From contig CAXHJY010000449.1 of the NCBI GenBank assembly GCA_964016885.1, positions 1 to 64,000 of the forward strand: DNA of 64,000 bases, given 5' to 3'. The first letter of the stretch is position 1, and every line of letters starts with the position of its first letter. A model generated the notes under the pieces. It was not told where the DNA came from. It ran no database searches and saw only the letters and a list, made by a program, of their open reading frames with translations. Of this stretch, positions 30,845 to 46,388 are shown in pieces. The DNA is from Eledone cirrhosa. Taxonomy: Eukaryota. Made by a program: the position numbers and the translations under genes.

Positions 30845-31414
30845 CTAACGTCGCTTTGTTCGTTTGTAAACAAACTGAACAGCCTGAATTTATGCCATAC
30901 GGTGTTAAGGCACTGATACGTGCATATATGTATGTGTACCTGTATGCATATGTATATGTATATGTATATATATATATGTGCGTGCTACTGTACGTCTGTA
31001 TACATATATGTATGTACGTATACATGCATACTTACATTTAAGTAAGTGCCATACTAAGAGTGAGAAATGAAATTTCGTTTTCATTTTGTTTCAATTTATC
31101 GTTTTCGGTATGCCTGACCGATTTAACTCACTCAATATGCAAATTAGGCTGCTCAGCCGTTAATTTTCATAAGGAAAGTATATACTTTCGAACGTTCAAC
31201 TATCTGGCAGATGGGTAAACGGTGCTGATGATAGCTAACAAGCTTGAAACTAGTACATCGTTCCTGTGTCAGTGTTGAACAAAAAGGTGACGTGGTTGCC
31301 TTAACACCGTATGGCATAAATTCAGGCTGTTCAGTTTGTTTACAAACGAACAAAGCGACGTTAGCGCCGCTAAACTGATACGTGCATATATGTATGTGTA
31401 CCTGTATGCATATG

Positions 31415-31445
<31 letters not shown>

Positions 31446-31568
31446 ATGTGCGTGCTACTGTACGTCTGTATACATATATGTATGTACGTATACATGCATA
31501 CTTACATTTAAGTAAGTGCCATACTAAGAGTGAGAAATGAAATTTCGTTTTCATTTTGTTTCAATTCA
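30845..31568 (+). mobile_element. Retrozyme-like family D: ~1.4 tandem monomers (period 462) with short inverted 5' arm
   Basis: 30913-31097 is repeated at 31375-31566; 30845-30912 is the reverse complement of ~31297-31363; HHR at 31218. Confidence 0.85.
31218..31262 (+). ncRNA. Minimal type I hammerhead ribozyme (family D)
   Basis: aacggtg-CTGATGA-tagct/aaca/agctt-GAAAC-TA-GTA-catcgtt. Confidence 0.9.
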
Positions 31569-31594
31569 TATATATATATATATATTTATATATA

Positions 31595-31705
31595 GTGCAA
31601 ATTTATACGGGAACAAAACAGAGAGGCAGACAAATAAAGATTTATTAGGTTCACGCTTTTGAGAGGGGGGACGTTTCGGGCATAAGCCCTTCTTCAGGAG
31701 TAGAT
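31595..31705 (-). mobile_element. Penelope-like 3' end with HHR core
   Basis: Reverse complement: CTGAAGA-a-gggc/ttat/gccc-GAAAC-GTC; stem I is not paired. A related degenerate motif lies at 21285-21320(-). Confidence 0.6.
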
Positions 31706-32154
31706 AGGTTAGGAAGAGAGTTCCGAGGGTGTGTGGAAATACATTCAGAAAAAAGGGGGAAGGAGAACAAATAAAAATAAACGTAAAAATAAACAATAAG
31801 ATGAACAAGTGGTGGAAGGCTGTGCAGCGGAGTGGGCAGAGGGAGGCGGGGGTCGAAGCGAGGAAAGCTGAAGGTGGTGTTTGTGTATGTGTGTATGTGT
31901 GTATGTGTACGTGAGTGTGTGTGTGTATATGAGAGTTTGAGGAAGAACGAGGTTCCATGTTCAGGAAAATATATATATATATACATATATGAAAAACATG
32001 GGGAGAAGAATACTGCATGGTTGAACATGGATTACATATTATAAAATTAGTCCCTCATCAGTGATTTGCCAACCATCATTGGTATTTCATCGCATTATAT
32101 ACATACATATATACAAAATATATATATATCTATATATATATATACATATATACT

Positions 32155-32316
<162 letters not shown>

Positions 32317-32317
32317 C

Positions 32318-33089
<772 letters not shown>

Positions 33090-33510
33090 ACATATATATA
33101 CATATACATATATATATACATACATATATGCAAAAGTGGTATCCCCGAAATATGTATAATGAAATAAATATGGTTTTATAAATATAGTTTCCATTTGTTT
33201 AATATCGTATACATACATATATATTTAGATATATATACATATATATATACATACATATATATATATATACATATATATATACATATATATATACACATGT
33301 GTGAGTGCGTTGTAGCAAGATAAAATTTGGTAAAAATACGTAAGTAGTCAGAACACTCAAAATAGCAAACTGAATGAGCTGACATAAAACCAAGGAAACT
33401 CGAATGTATGACTAATGGCTTCGTTAAAGAACACACACATATATATATAGATGGTGTATATATATATATATGTGTATATATATATGTATATATATATGTA
33501 TATATATGTA

Positions 33511-33603
<93 letters not shown>

Positions 33604-33719
33604 GTATGTGTTCCTACGTGTAAAAAATACATATAGGGATAGAAGTATAATCCAACAGTATGCCAATGGGAAACTTTTTCTCTATTTGCTAGAGCTGGAT
33701 TTTATATATATATATATAT

Positions 33720-33901
33720 ATTGTTATACTTGGGGAGGGTCATATTTTTGTAATATTGCCAGAATTAATAACAGAACACACTTACTCTTTGGTTGGTTTT
33801 CGCTTCTCGCTGTCTTTTATATCTGCGATCTAAAGTATAGCAATATTTGTTTCGACACACGACTTCATATAAAAAACCTCGCTAAACTAATTCATCGTCG
33901 C

Positions 33902-33902
<1 letters not shown>
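33720..33902. mobile_element. Inverted-arm plus tail element in (TA)n (family I)
   Basis: Same termini as 56908-57140; no clear HHR core seen. Confidence 0.75.
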
Positions 33903-33932
<30 letters not shown>

Positions 33933-33947
33933 CCACCTATACATGTA

Positions 33948-33983
<36 letters not shown>

Positions 33984-34008
33984 TACATGTATAGGTATTA
34001 TATATATA

Positions 34009-34091
<83 letters not shown>

Positions 34092-34106
34092 CCTATACAT
34101 GTATCT

Positions 34107-34153
<47 letters not shown>

Positions 34154-34176
34154 ATACATGTATCTTATATATATAT

Positions 34177-34235
<59 letters not shown>

Positions 34236-34247
34236 ATACATGTATCT

Positions 34248-34278
<31 letters not shown>

Positions 34279-34282
34279 CATG

Positions 34283-34339
<57 letters not shown>

Positions 34340-34371
34340 CATAATGTATATAAATTATACCTATAAATGTA

Positions 34372-34409
<38 letters not shown>

Positions 34410-34422
34410 CCTATACATGTAT

Positions 34423-34509
<87 letters not shown>

Positions 34510-34554
34510 ATATATACATATACATAAAGTATATATATTATACCTATACATGTA

Positions 34555-34595
<41 letters not shown>

Positions 34596-34709
34596 CACAT
34601 TACAACCCAAGAGCAAGAATGAAGGGTTCTTTCTGCTGACATGGATATAAAATTGAGGCTTGTCTGCATAATTACAAACGAATCGAATATTATTATTAAT
34701 TATCGAAGA

Positions 34710-34898
34710 GGGTGGTGGATTGGCAGTATCGGTAAGGGTCGGACGCCATGCTTTGAAGCATAGAGTTACCTCCCTTTATGACCTGAGTTCAAATCCCGCC
34801 GAGGTTAACTTTGCCTTTCATCCTTACGGAGTCGATAAAATAAAGTACCAGTAATGCACTGGTTAATTGCTGGCCTTGTGCCTAAAGTAGAAACAATT
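34710..34898 (+). mobile_element. tRNA-derived SINE family 1, full length
   Basis: TSD ATTATTAATTATCGAA on both sides. Confidence 0.92.
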
Positions 34899-34921
34899 AT
34901 TAATTATCGAAAAACTCACAT

Positions 34922-34961
<40 letters not shown>

Positions 34962-34966
<5 letters not shown>

Positions 34967-35064
34967 TGTCACATAAATAAATGTATACACACTTTGATTA
35001 CCAATACAGGCAATATTTATTAGAGTGCTGTTGAAGTGTGTGTACATTTTGGGGAACACCTTGT
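34962..35064. mobile_element. Short Tc1/mariner-type MITE
   Basis: Internally deleted relative of 40261-40433. Confidence 0.65.
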
Positions 35065-35415
35065 ATATATAAAGAGAGACACCACATATATATGTGAATA
35101 TATATATGTGAATAATAACATTATTCTTTCTGCACCATTTCTTTAACATGTCCAACACCACCATTCTACACCAATACATATTATTATCATTTGATAAGGC
35201 ATAACAATGCTGAAACCGGTAATAGACAATTATTAATATAAATAAATAAATAAATGCCATTGTTAATCAATAAATAAATCAACTAATACCTTAACACTTC
35301 ACACAAAGTAAAATATTTCGTGTTAATCATTTTCTAACTCAGAAAAAAGAGAGAGAGAAACAAAAAGGAAAAAAATATTTTTTTTTTTCTTCCTAATAAT
35401 CGTCTTTTTCGCCGT

Positions 35416-35475
<60 letters not shown>

Positions 35476-37294
35476 GTGTGAGTGTGTACATGTATGTTTG
35501 AGCGTGCTTAGAATCGAAATGTGAATTTAAATTGATAAAACCTTACCAAACGTGATAATCAACGATGATAATAATAATAACAACAATAATAACAACAACA
35601 ACACCAATGATAATAGAAGAAGAAGGATCATTAATAGTTAACTGAAGATTTCAGAAATGGAAAATGACAGATTGACAGAATGGTGGAATGGCTGAGATTG
35701 AATTGTGGTATAGGAGAATTGTAGGATGGCAGAATTGTAAATTGGCAGAATGGTAGAGAAATGCTAGAAGTCTGTTGTGATTGAATGGACTGTGTGTGAG
35801 TGATTTAGACACATACATTGTTTAGAGATGATAGTGGTGGTGGTGGTGGTGGTGATGGTGTTGATGGTGGTGAGGGTGGTGGTGAGGGTGGTGGTGGTGA
35901 TGGTGGTGGGTGGTGGTGATGGTGATGATAGTGGTGATGGTGGTGGTGGTAGTGATGGTGGTGATGGTGATGGTGGTGGTGGTGATGGTGGTGATGGTGG
36001 TGATGGTGGTGAGGGTGGTGGTGATGGTGAGGGTGGTGGTGATGGTGGTGAGGGTGGTGGTGAGGGTGGTGGTGGTGATGGTGGTGATGGGTGGTGGTGG
36101 TGGTGGTGAGGGTGGTGGTGGTGGTGAGGGTGGTGGTGGGTGGTGATGGTGATGATGGTGATGGTGGTGATGGTGGTGGTGGGAGAGAGAAAAAGAGAGA
36201 GAGAAAGACGGAAAGAGATGAAACGCGAAAGATAGATTGACAGAGAGAGCGACGTGAATTACAGAGAAATGAACGTAGAGAGAGGGGGGAGGAAGGAGAG
36301 AGAGATGAAGGAAGGGAGAGAGAGAGAGGAAGGAAGGGAGAGAGAGAGTTGAGAGAGAAGGGAGATAAACAAAAGGGGAAGTGAAATATGGAGGGAGGGG
36401 GGAGAAAGAGAGGAAGAAAGAATGAAAGAAATAAAGAGAGGGGGAAGAATAAAAGACAAAAGCTCGAAAGTAGAATAGATAATACCCCCCCCCCCACATA
36501 CACACACACACACACACGTGCGTGTGTGTGTGTGTGTGTACACAATTAATAATGATAATTGTGAAGACCCAATGTAGATATTCCTAATTCTATACAAAAA
36601 CAGACAGACAGACAGACAGACATATATATATATATATATATATATATGCATACACATAAGCATAGAGAGAGACGGGGGGAGAGACAGAGAGAGTGACAGA
36701 GAGAGTGACAGAGAGAGTGACAGAGAGAGAGTGACAGAGAGAGAGACACAGAGAGATAGTGACAGAGAGAGAGAGACATAGAGAGTCAGAGAGAGAGACA
36801 GACAGAGACAAAGTGTAAGTGAGAGGAGGTGTACGAGATTTAATGTAAAAAGCCTATGTTCACCTTGACAAACAAAATTCTCAGATCCAACCAAGACGTT
36901 GATTCAAACAAAGTATTGATATCACGTGACATGATTTGGTGAAAAGATCGCCTGTCATTTGTGACCATTATTGTAATGCACTGGGTAATTGCTGGCCTTG
37001 TGCCTAAAGTAGAAACAATTATTTGCTGCTACTGTTGTTGTCTTTTGTCCCCAAGGAAGTTCTGATTGACAACACCTGAGATTGTGATCAAAGGCGCTCC
37101 ATCCGTGACCACTACGTCATGTTGGCTTTGTATATCTGGACACTGCATTTCACTCAGTATAACGTCCCTATTTTATAGCAGTAGGATGGACACGTGACCT
37201 AACGGAAAGTGGCTGCTATTTCTAAAAGGTGAGCAACAGTGTAGAGTCAGTTTATATTTGAGTGAGAGAGAGAGAGAAGGATGTGTGTGTGTGG

Positions 37295-37408
<114 letters not shown>

Positions 37409-37503
37409 GTGTGTGTGTGTGTATCTCCGTGTGTGTGTTTGGGGAGGATTTTAAATGACAGAAGAAGTTACACGTACGAGAGGGAGCGAGACAGATTGTG
37501 CGT

Positions 37504-37550
<47 letters not shown>

Positions 37551-37626
37551 GAGAGAAACATACTGTCTGTGTATCATAAGTTATGTATATATATACATAA
37601 ATACATGTATGCATGCATTCTTGTAT

Positions 37627-37729
37627 GTATGTGTGCATATATATATATTAGGTCGTCAAATATGAAATTTGCAGAAAAAAACACATGACCATATGCCTCT
37701 CTACAAGTTTCATACTTGATGACCCAATA
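37627..37729. mobile_element. mariner-like MITE
   Basis: TIRs TATTAGGTCGTCAAATATGAAA / TTTCATACTTGATGACCCAATA with TA flanks. Confidence 0.7.
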
Positions 37730-37967
37730 TATGTATATATATACATTCATTTAATTTATTGAATTATTGATATTTTTTATCTGAGTGTCCCGAATCTTCC
37801 GTTATCGTAAGTTTTCGATCGTACGGTTGATTATAGACTTGTTCTATGTGTGACGGTATTTTAACGATAGTTATAGCTCTGATTTATCTAAATCAGCGAG
37901 CACTCTGCCGCTCATATCGAATTTTGTTTATCGTGAACTCGTGCGCCGATTTTTCGATACTCGATCA

Positions 37968-38061
<94 letters not shown>

Positions 38062-38367
38062 GGCGCTGTTTGAGTTATATATTTGTCATCAAGTTTATTT
38101 CATATTTTCTGATGAATTCTTTGCATTTTGTATAAAACAGCAAAGTTACTAAATCCGTCATCAGCGTTTCTAGACTTTCTTAGTCTCTTCTTTATTATAA
38201 AGTGAAACTAGTGTGTTAGTGCTTCTCTCTAGTAAATAGAGTCGGAGCCGAAATGATTAATGCATATATTAGAACCGGTTCAACAGCAAAGTGTTAGTTT
38301 TTCTTTGCGACTGGCACATGTTAGTAAGCTGTGTGTTGTGTTATGAGTATTGTTTCCATTCTTTATT

Positions 38368-38738
38368 GGTCGGACCCTATGCTTTGACGCATAGAGTTAC
38401 GGCCCTTGCCATTCTGAGTTGTTCAAATCCGCCGGGGTTAACTTTGCCTTTCATCCTTACGGGGTCGATAAAATAAAGTACCAGCATGGCATCCGACTCT
38501 CTACCGATACTGCCAATCCACCGCGCTATATATATATATATAATATATATATGTATAATTGTTTCTACTTTAGGCACAAGGCCAGCAATTACCCAGTGCA
38601 TTACTGGTACTTTATTTTATCGACCCCGTAAGGATGAAAGGCAAAGTCAACCTCGGCGGGATTTGAACTCAGATCGTAAAGGGACATAACTATGCTGGAA
38701 AGCATGGCGTCCGACCCTCTACCGATACTGCCAATCCA
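38368..38738. mobile_element. Family-1 SINE cluster: + copy 38368-38484, inverted 5' piece 38485-38525, full - copy 38557-38738
   Basis: SINE body motifs on both strands. Confidence 0.88.
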
Positions 38739-38782
38739 TAATGTTCCTGAAATATGTATGTATATATATATATATATATTTA

Positions 38783-39192
38783 TGAGATGACCCCTTAGCC
38801 TTTGTCAAGGCAGAATTCTAGGAGAAGGAAAACTCTGATATAACACCTGCAACCCTAAAGGTATCCAATGATGTTGACTTGTCCTTCTTTTTGGTAAATA
38901 TCATCTTGGTTAAGAGAGTGGGACTGGCTTTGTGCAGTGCCTTTCCTCACTATAAAAGCTTCACGGTACAGGCATTGCTTTATATCTGGAGATCTCTCTG
39001 CACTTGTCGTCACATGGTACCATGGGCCCAGCACTATGTGTCAATAATTGTCACAAGTGTAGTGTTTGTACCAGAGTTTTCATGTCGCTTGCTGGACTAA
39101 AAAGTCACACTCGTTCAGCGCATCGGTAGGGGTTCTCCTACATGGATATAAAGTAGTGGCCGTACTCGAAAACGAGTTGGCAGCCGCCATAT
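38783..39192 (-). mobile_element. Second copy of the 9805-10390 repeat
   Basis: Reverse complement of 9805-10213. Confidence 0.8.
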
Positions 39193-39257
39193 ATTTATAT
39201 AAACATGTATTACACATACACATACACACACTATATATATATATATATATATACATA

Positions 39258-39307
<50 letters not shown>

Positions 39308-39813
39308 TACATATAAACACATACCTGAAATCTAATTTGAAACAGAAATCCAGTTAATACTTTAATTAAATATTTAATTACTAATTATCTCCTATTTCCC
39401 AATTACAATCTTTGAAGCTACCGATTCTACAAGCTCGCGTGGCCCTCAACCCTTGCTCACCACCTCTATCCGACCCCCCCGACCCCCACCCCCGGGGGAG
39501 GTCAATATGGTGGGCATTTCTATATTTATAATCGTATTTCAAAACTAGAAGACTAGCTGTAAAAGCTCAATTATAGAATTACGTAAATGACCGCTCTGAT
39601 TATAACGCCAAAAGCTATGGAAGCCCAGACTGGTCAAACTTTCTAACATAATTCTATCTCCCGTTTTGGGGAAGTTATATACACACAACTGCTATGTCGT
39701 TTATTAACATACTGGCAAGATAAAGGAGAATATACATTATGGTCCAGTGTATAGGCATTGCCATTCTAGGTGTACACCAAACAATGTAAAAGAGAATTGG
39801 CCTGGTGAGTAGC

Positions 39814-40168
39814 TATATATATTCTTCATGTATACACAGATTTGTGCATGTATATATATTCTTCATGTATAGACAGATTTGTGTATGTATATATATTCTT
39901 CATGTATACACAGATTTGTGTATGTATATATATTCTTCATGTATACACAGATTTGTGTATGTATATATATTCTTCATGTATACACAGATTTGTGTATGTA
40001 TATATATTATTCATGTATACACAGATTTGTGCATGTATATATATTCTTCATGTATACACAGATTTGTGTATGTATATATATTCTTCATGTATACACAGAT
40101 TTGTGTATGTATATATATTCTTCATGTATACACAGATTTGTGTATGTATATATATTCTTCATGTATAT
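39814..40168. repeat. 37-bp minisatellite
   Basis: TATATATTCTTCATGTATACACAGATTTGTGTATGTA, about 9.5 copies. Confidence 0.95.
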
Positions 40169-40260
40169 GCAGATGTGTGTGTGTGTGTGTGTATATATAT
40201 ATGTGTGGAGTGTGGGGAAAGTATATTAGACCCTCTCAGTAATATATATACATTTATATA

Positions 40261-40426
40261 TACAGGGTGTCCCCAAAAGATGTATACACACTGATTACCT
40301 GCACAGGCAATATTTATTAGAAGGCATAGACATAATTCAATTGTATGCAAACCCCCGAAAATGTTTACATAATTTAAATAAATTTTTTTTTTTTGCTGTT
40401 AAAGTGTGTATACATTTTTGGGAGAC

Positions 40427-40433
<7 letters not shown>
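40261..40433. mobile_element. Tc1/mariner-type MITE
   Basis: ~30-bp TIRs TACAGGGTGTCCCCAAAAGATGTATACACACT / AGTGTGTATACATTTTTGGGAGACACCCTATA with TA target. Confidence 0.85.
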
Positions 40434-40481
<48 letters not shown>

Positions 40482-40565
40482 TATACATATATATATAATA
40501 TATATATATAATATATATATAATATATATAATATATATATACATATATATATAATATATATATAT

Positions 40566-40598
<33 letters not shown>

Positions 40599-40623
40599 CA
40601 TATATATATACATATATATATAT

Positions 40624-40686
<63 letters not shown>

Positions 40687-40741
40687 ATATATATATACAT
40701 ATATATATATAATATATATATATATATATACATATATAATA

Positions 40742-40773
<32 letters not shown>

Positions 40774-40998
40774 ATATATATATATATACATATATATATA
40801 TAATATATATATATATACATATATATACATATATATACATATATACATATATATATATAATATATATATATATACATATATATACATATATATATATACA
40901 TATATATACATATATATACATATATATATATATATTAACATATATATATATACATATATATACATATATATACATATACATACATATATATATATATT

Positions 40999-41040
<42 letters not shown>

Positions 41041-41160
41041 CCCATTTATTTATTTATTTTAATTCATAGCATCGATTCATTATTCTATATTAATTACGTA
41101 AAATTAAGTAATATACACACGTGCATGTGTGTACAATATATTGTGTAAAGTGATTGTATG

Positions 41161-41272
<112 letters not shown>

Positions 41273-41360
41273 TTGTGTATAGTGGTAGCTATGGTGCCTC
41301 CACAGGCGGTATGCCAAAATTAGCACTCGATATTCACCAGAGTAGAGTGTAGATAGTATA

Positions 41361-41633
41361 AAGAAAACGAAAAATCAGTGATGCATCTGGACTTGGTTTA
41401 TTTCGTGTTACAAATGTTTCGCCGGCAGGTAGCTCGAGACACGGTCCTTGTATGGATCTGGCTTGAAAGAACCTATAGAAAGAACCTGCAGAAATAGAAG
41501 AACCTTGAAAGAACCTGCAGAAATAGAATCAGCCAGATCCATACAAGGACCGTGTCTCGAGCTACATGCCGGCGAAACATTTGTAACACGAAATAAACCA
41601 AGTCCAGATGCATCACTGATTTTTCGTTTTCTT
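41361..41633. mobile_element. HHR element family E, ~103-bp inverted arms
   Basis: Arms 41361-41464 and 41531-41633. cgtgt-CTCGA-gct..ggc-GAAACA-tt-TGTA-acacg; the core lacks 2 nt. Confidence 0.75.
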
Positions 41634-41634
41634 G

Positions 41635-41695
<61 letters not shown>

Positions 41696-41734
41696 AGGAG
41701 GTTATAGTTCACTTGAAGCATTGTGTAATGAGGT

Positions 41735-41980
41735 ATAAACGTTAGAATATGTGTAATAAGGCTAAGACAATGCAGATATGGACATAGAAAAAAAAAAAAA
41801 AGAATGCAATAGTGAAAGATATTGATGAGAATTCGTCTTTCACCTTGAATTTTAAGGACATTTAAATAAATTCAAGGTGAAAGACGAATTCTCATCAATA
41901 TCTTTCACTATTGCATTCTTTTTTTTTTTTTTTCTATGTCCATATCTGCATTGTCTTGGCCTTATTACACATATTCTAAC

Positions 41981-41986
<6 letters not shown>
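41735..41986. mobile_element. Inverted-arm element family F (~116-bp arms)
   Basis: Arms 41735-41851 and 41869-41986. Possible HHR 3' half GAAAGA-cgaat-TCTC. Confidence 0.7.
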
Positions 41987-42061
<75 letters not shown>

Positions 42062-42694
42062 CGTTGTTTTATGCGTGTTTGGTGTCATATATATATATGT
42101 TTGAATGTCTGTATATGTATGGATATATATTTGTTTGTAAATGTCTAAACTTAGGTATGTTTACATGTATCTACATGTGTATACTTTATATGTGTATGTA
42201 TATGTTTTTGTATGTGTATGTCTAAACTTAGGTATGTTCACCTGTATCTATATGTGTATACATATGTATATATATGTATGTATATGTTGTTTGTATGTGC
42301 ATATATTTGTGCATGTGTATACTTTTTTGTGTATATGTACACCTATGCATGTGTACACCTATGCATGTGTACACATGTGTATAGATATGTATACGTATAT
42401 ATTTCTAAATACACGCATGCATGTGTGTGTATATGTGTGTGTATATATTTAGGCAACGTGCATTTGAGACAAGTGTTGGTGACAGAATAACAGGACAAAA
42501 TGGAAACACATCCACCCGGTCATAGGTTACATGTTTGGGCACCTTCAGTCGGTTTTCAGTCGTTAGGGTACTACTGTACGTTAATAATACACTTTACACA
42601 ATGCAGCGATCCTGAAATAATACCAGCTAAGGGATTTACTTCAAGCACATATTTACACCAGAAACTGCAGAGACATAGAATAACCACACCATGT

Positions 42695-42981
42695 TCTAAA
42701 GTCTGTCTTAAGCCAGAAGTCTCGTTAAGTCGGTGCTTATCCCTGTTTTATGGCCTGAAACGACTGAGCGTACAAGACTCCCCCCTGAACAGGACGTCAA
42801 TCCATCGCAGGGTTAAACTCCTCAACTATTGCTGGTACTCATTTTCAGCTGAGTATACTGGAGCAATGTGAAATGAAGTGTTTTGCTCAAGAACACAACA
42901 CGCAACCCAGCCCAGGAATCGAACTTACGACATTATGATCGTAAGTCCAACACCCTTACCTCGAGGCTACGCGCCTCCACA
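42695..42981 (-). mobile_element. tRNA-derived SINE family 2
   Basis: Reverse complement TGGAGGCGCGTAGCC..GTTCGATTCCTGGG..TTCTTGAGCAAAACACTTCATTTCAC; matches 54608-55130. Confidence 0.85.
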
Positions 42982-43076
42982 TGACCACAGCATATTGCAA
43001 ATAATAATTCTACCATTTTATGGGGTTGCCCTAATATATTTTCTACATACAACCAAACCGAAAAAAAAAGCATAAG

Positions 43077-43445
43077 AAAGGAGCTTGTCATCAGATCGGA
43101 CCAAGGAACCTTTACTTTCGCAAGTCTTGCCATTGTTGATACTATCTGTCAATCGCAAATCCTGGCAGAAAAAAGAAACTGATTGTCAGATCTGACCAAG
43201 GAAACTATATTTGCATTGGTCTTTCTATTACTGATACTGTCTATCAGTCACTATTCCTGGGGGATGAAAGGAATTGATTACCAGATCGGACCAAGGAAAC
43301 TATGTTTCCATTAATGGTACTGTCTGTCAGTCACTACTCTTGGCAGAAGAAAGGAGCTAATTGTCATATCGGACCAAAGAACTTATGTTTCTGTCGGTCT
43401 TCCCATTGCTGATACTGTCTGCCAATCACAAAACCTGACAGGATG
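43077..43445. repeat. Degenerate ~94-bp tandem repeat, 4 copies
   Basis: CAGATCGGACCAAGGAA-like motif at about 43092, 43187, 43282 and 43365. Confidence 0.8.
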
Positions 43446-43574
43446 AGGCGAGATTTGAACTCAGAATATACAGTACCGTAACAGATACCACAAAGTATCA
43501 CGTCTAACATTTATTTACCACTACCACAGAAAAACACACACACATATATATATATATTATATATATCTATCTAT

Positions 43575-43748
43575 CTAAGGCGGGTAAAATTCCCGAGATC
43601 CATGGACGAGTTCTCTCCAGCGGTCTCTGTCCTTCATTATCGCTGCCATATCCTGCATCTCCAACAGACCAGTGTCTGTCCTTAGGGCATCAACATATGT
43701 TAACCTTGGTCTTCCTCTTCTAGTGTGTCCATGTAGGGGCTCCCAAAG
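43575..43748 (-). mobile_element. RTE-clade LINE 3' fragment
   Basis: Minus strand: LWEPLHGHTRRGRPRLTYVDALRTDTGLLEMQDMAAIMKDRDRWRELVHGSR, a typical RTE C-terminus. Confidence 0.85.
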
Positions 43749-43755
43749 GATATAT

Positions 43756-43802
<47 letters not shown>

Positions 43803-45330
43803 CAAAAGCTGATCTCGGCGATGATTTGAACTCAAAGGCACCGACGAGAACCGATACAAATATCGGAGACGATTTTTTAATCCGACGTTTTCCCGACTCT
43901 GCCAATTCACCGTCTAGATAAATATATGAATATATGAATAAATAAATATTTTTTAAAAAATAGATATAAAGTAAAACAAAAAAAAAACGTAAAAGGAAAT
44001 AAAAAAAAGGTTCATAGTTGAGACATCTTTAGACCGATTAACGATAATTCCTGAATTAACAGTTTTATAAATGGACTCTAACACATTTTTCTAACACATT
44101 TGTCGTTTACTTATTTATTTTCTTTTATTTTTCTATTTTTTTTATTTTTCTCTATGTCGTTCATTTATTTTATCTTTTCATTTTTTTAAAAACTATTTTT
44201 TATGATTAATTTTTTTTAATGAATTTTTTTTTTGTTAATTTGTTTTCAAAAGACATTGATTGGTTATTTTTGCCATTGAAAGGGCGGATAAGCGGCAATA
44301 AATGTCCCGATAATCTCTAAGACTACAAATCTCTGTCTCTTCATCACCGCCATTTTATTATTCATTTATCTATTTATTTCATTTTATTTTATATATTATA
44401 TTTATTTCGTTATGCGTTAGTTATTGTATTTCAGTTCTATTCTCACCAGTAATCTGACCCACTGCTACATCTATCTGGGAAAATAGTTCAGTGTAGAGTT
44501 TCAGGGATTTTCTTTTGTTTTGTTTTGGTTTGGTTTATTATTTTCTGTCTATTTCCATTTGTTTTCAGTATTATTTATTAGCAATGATGATGGTGAGGGT
44601 GATGATGGTGGTGGGCGTGATGATGATGGTGGTGGTGATGGTGGGCATGATGATAGTGGTGATGGTGGTGGTGGTGATGGTCGTGGTGATGGTCGTGGTG
44701 GTGATGGTGGTGGTGGTGATGGTGGTGGGCGTGATGATGATGGTGGTGGTGATGGTGGGCATGATGATAGTGGTGATGGTGGTGGTGATGGTCGTGGTGG
44801 TGATGGTGGTGGTGGTGGTGATGGTGGTGGCGGTGGTAGTGATGGTGGTGGTAGTGACGGTGGTGATGGTGATGTTGCTATTAGTGGTGACATCGTTGTT
44901 TTTTATGTTGTTGGTGATGATGGTGAAGATGAAGATGATGATGATATTGATGATGATGTTATTGACGATGATGATGATGTTGTTGGTGATGATGATGATG
45001 GTGATAATGATGGTGATGGTGATGGTGAAGGTGATGGTGATAACGTGGATGAGGATGATGATATCGATGTTTATTTTGATGATGATGATGCGCTAGTAGT
45101 GGTGGCGTTTCCGTTGTTTATAATAAATCAAAGCTGAGTAAATTCGATCTCTGTGGAATCAGTGGCTCCTGTGATGATTTACAATAAGAAAGAAACAATC
45201 TTTGGAGCTCAATTTCGTCTACTGTGAACCAGTGAACCTGAGAATATATAAAGGTTTTGAAAGCAATTAACTATAATATTTAACACTTGCTCTGGTGGGG
45301 GCATACATACTAACTTACTAACAGACGGAT

Positions 45331-45363
<33 letters not shown>

Positions 45364-45390
45364 CACATACATACATATATATACACATAT

Positions 45391-45463
<73 letters not shown>

Positions 45464-46001
45464 TAAAAGGAAAAGAAAATGCTGATAAATTGTTCCCAGT
45501 GAAAAATAGTTTAATTAGGAATAAGTAAAAATTAGTAATAAGTATTGGTTAGTATTCAGTTTTAGTTTTAAGTTTTTACCGGTTGCGCATTTCTAATGCT
45601 TTTCAACGCCCGTGATGTTTGCTCCCAATCTGGTCAGTTTTGGAAATACTACCTGTTTTATGTGAAAAAAGTGGCTCCAGATGTATTAAAATAAGTTTCG
45701 CGGCAAATGGTGTACATTATTCGATATTTTCAGCAAAAACGATTCTCTCAATAGAACATTAAAAACCTTAATAATAAAAGGTGTGAAATGATATATAGTA
45801 TTGTCATAACACCAAGGTGTGTGTGAGTGTCCAGATTGTACGTATTGCAAGGGGAATTCATTAGGCCCTGCCGTATTGGAATACTTGTGTACAAATATGT
45901 ATGTGCCCATCAGTGTGCAATGCATGTGTGCGTATATGTATGTGTGTGTGTCGGCACATTACACTACAGTGGATTAACGCGAGTTTTTAATTCCGTTTTT
46001 T

Positions 46002-46057
<56 letters not shown>

Positions 46058-46059
<2 letters not shown>

Positions 46060-46320
46060 GGTGTTGGATGCTTAAAACGTCCGTATGCGGTTGGCCGTAT
46101 GAGCACTCGATGCTCTCATAGAGCAGAGTATGATATCACAGAAAAAAAGAGAATCAGTGAGATACGTCTTCGTAGAATCAAAACGTATTTGAAGACCTTG
46201 AGATTTTCAGAGTCAGGTTCGATCATCACATCGATCGTGCCGCGAGCTGGTCGCCAGAGAAACGATTGTAATATGTCCAATAAATTCCATTCGTCGCAAC
46301 ACTGATTCTCTTTTTTTTCT

Positions 46321-46327
<7 letters not shown>
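46058..46327. mobile_element. Inverted-arm element between (TA)n tracts
   Basis: ATATCACAGAAAAAAAGAGAATCAGTG at 46133 is inverted at 46300-46327. Confidence 0.6.
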
Positions 46328-46388
<61 letters not shown>

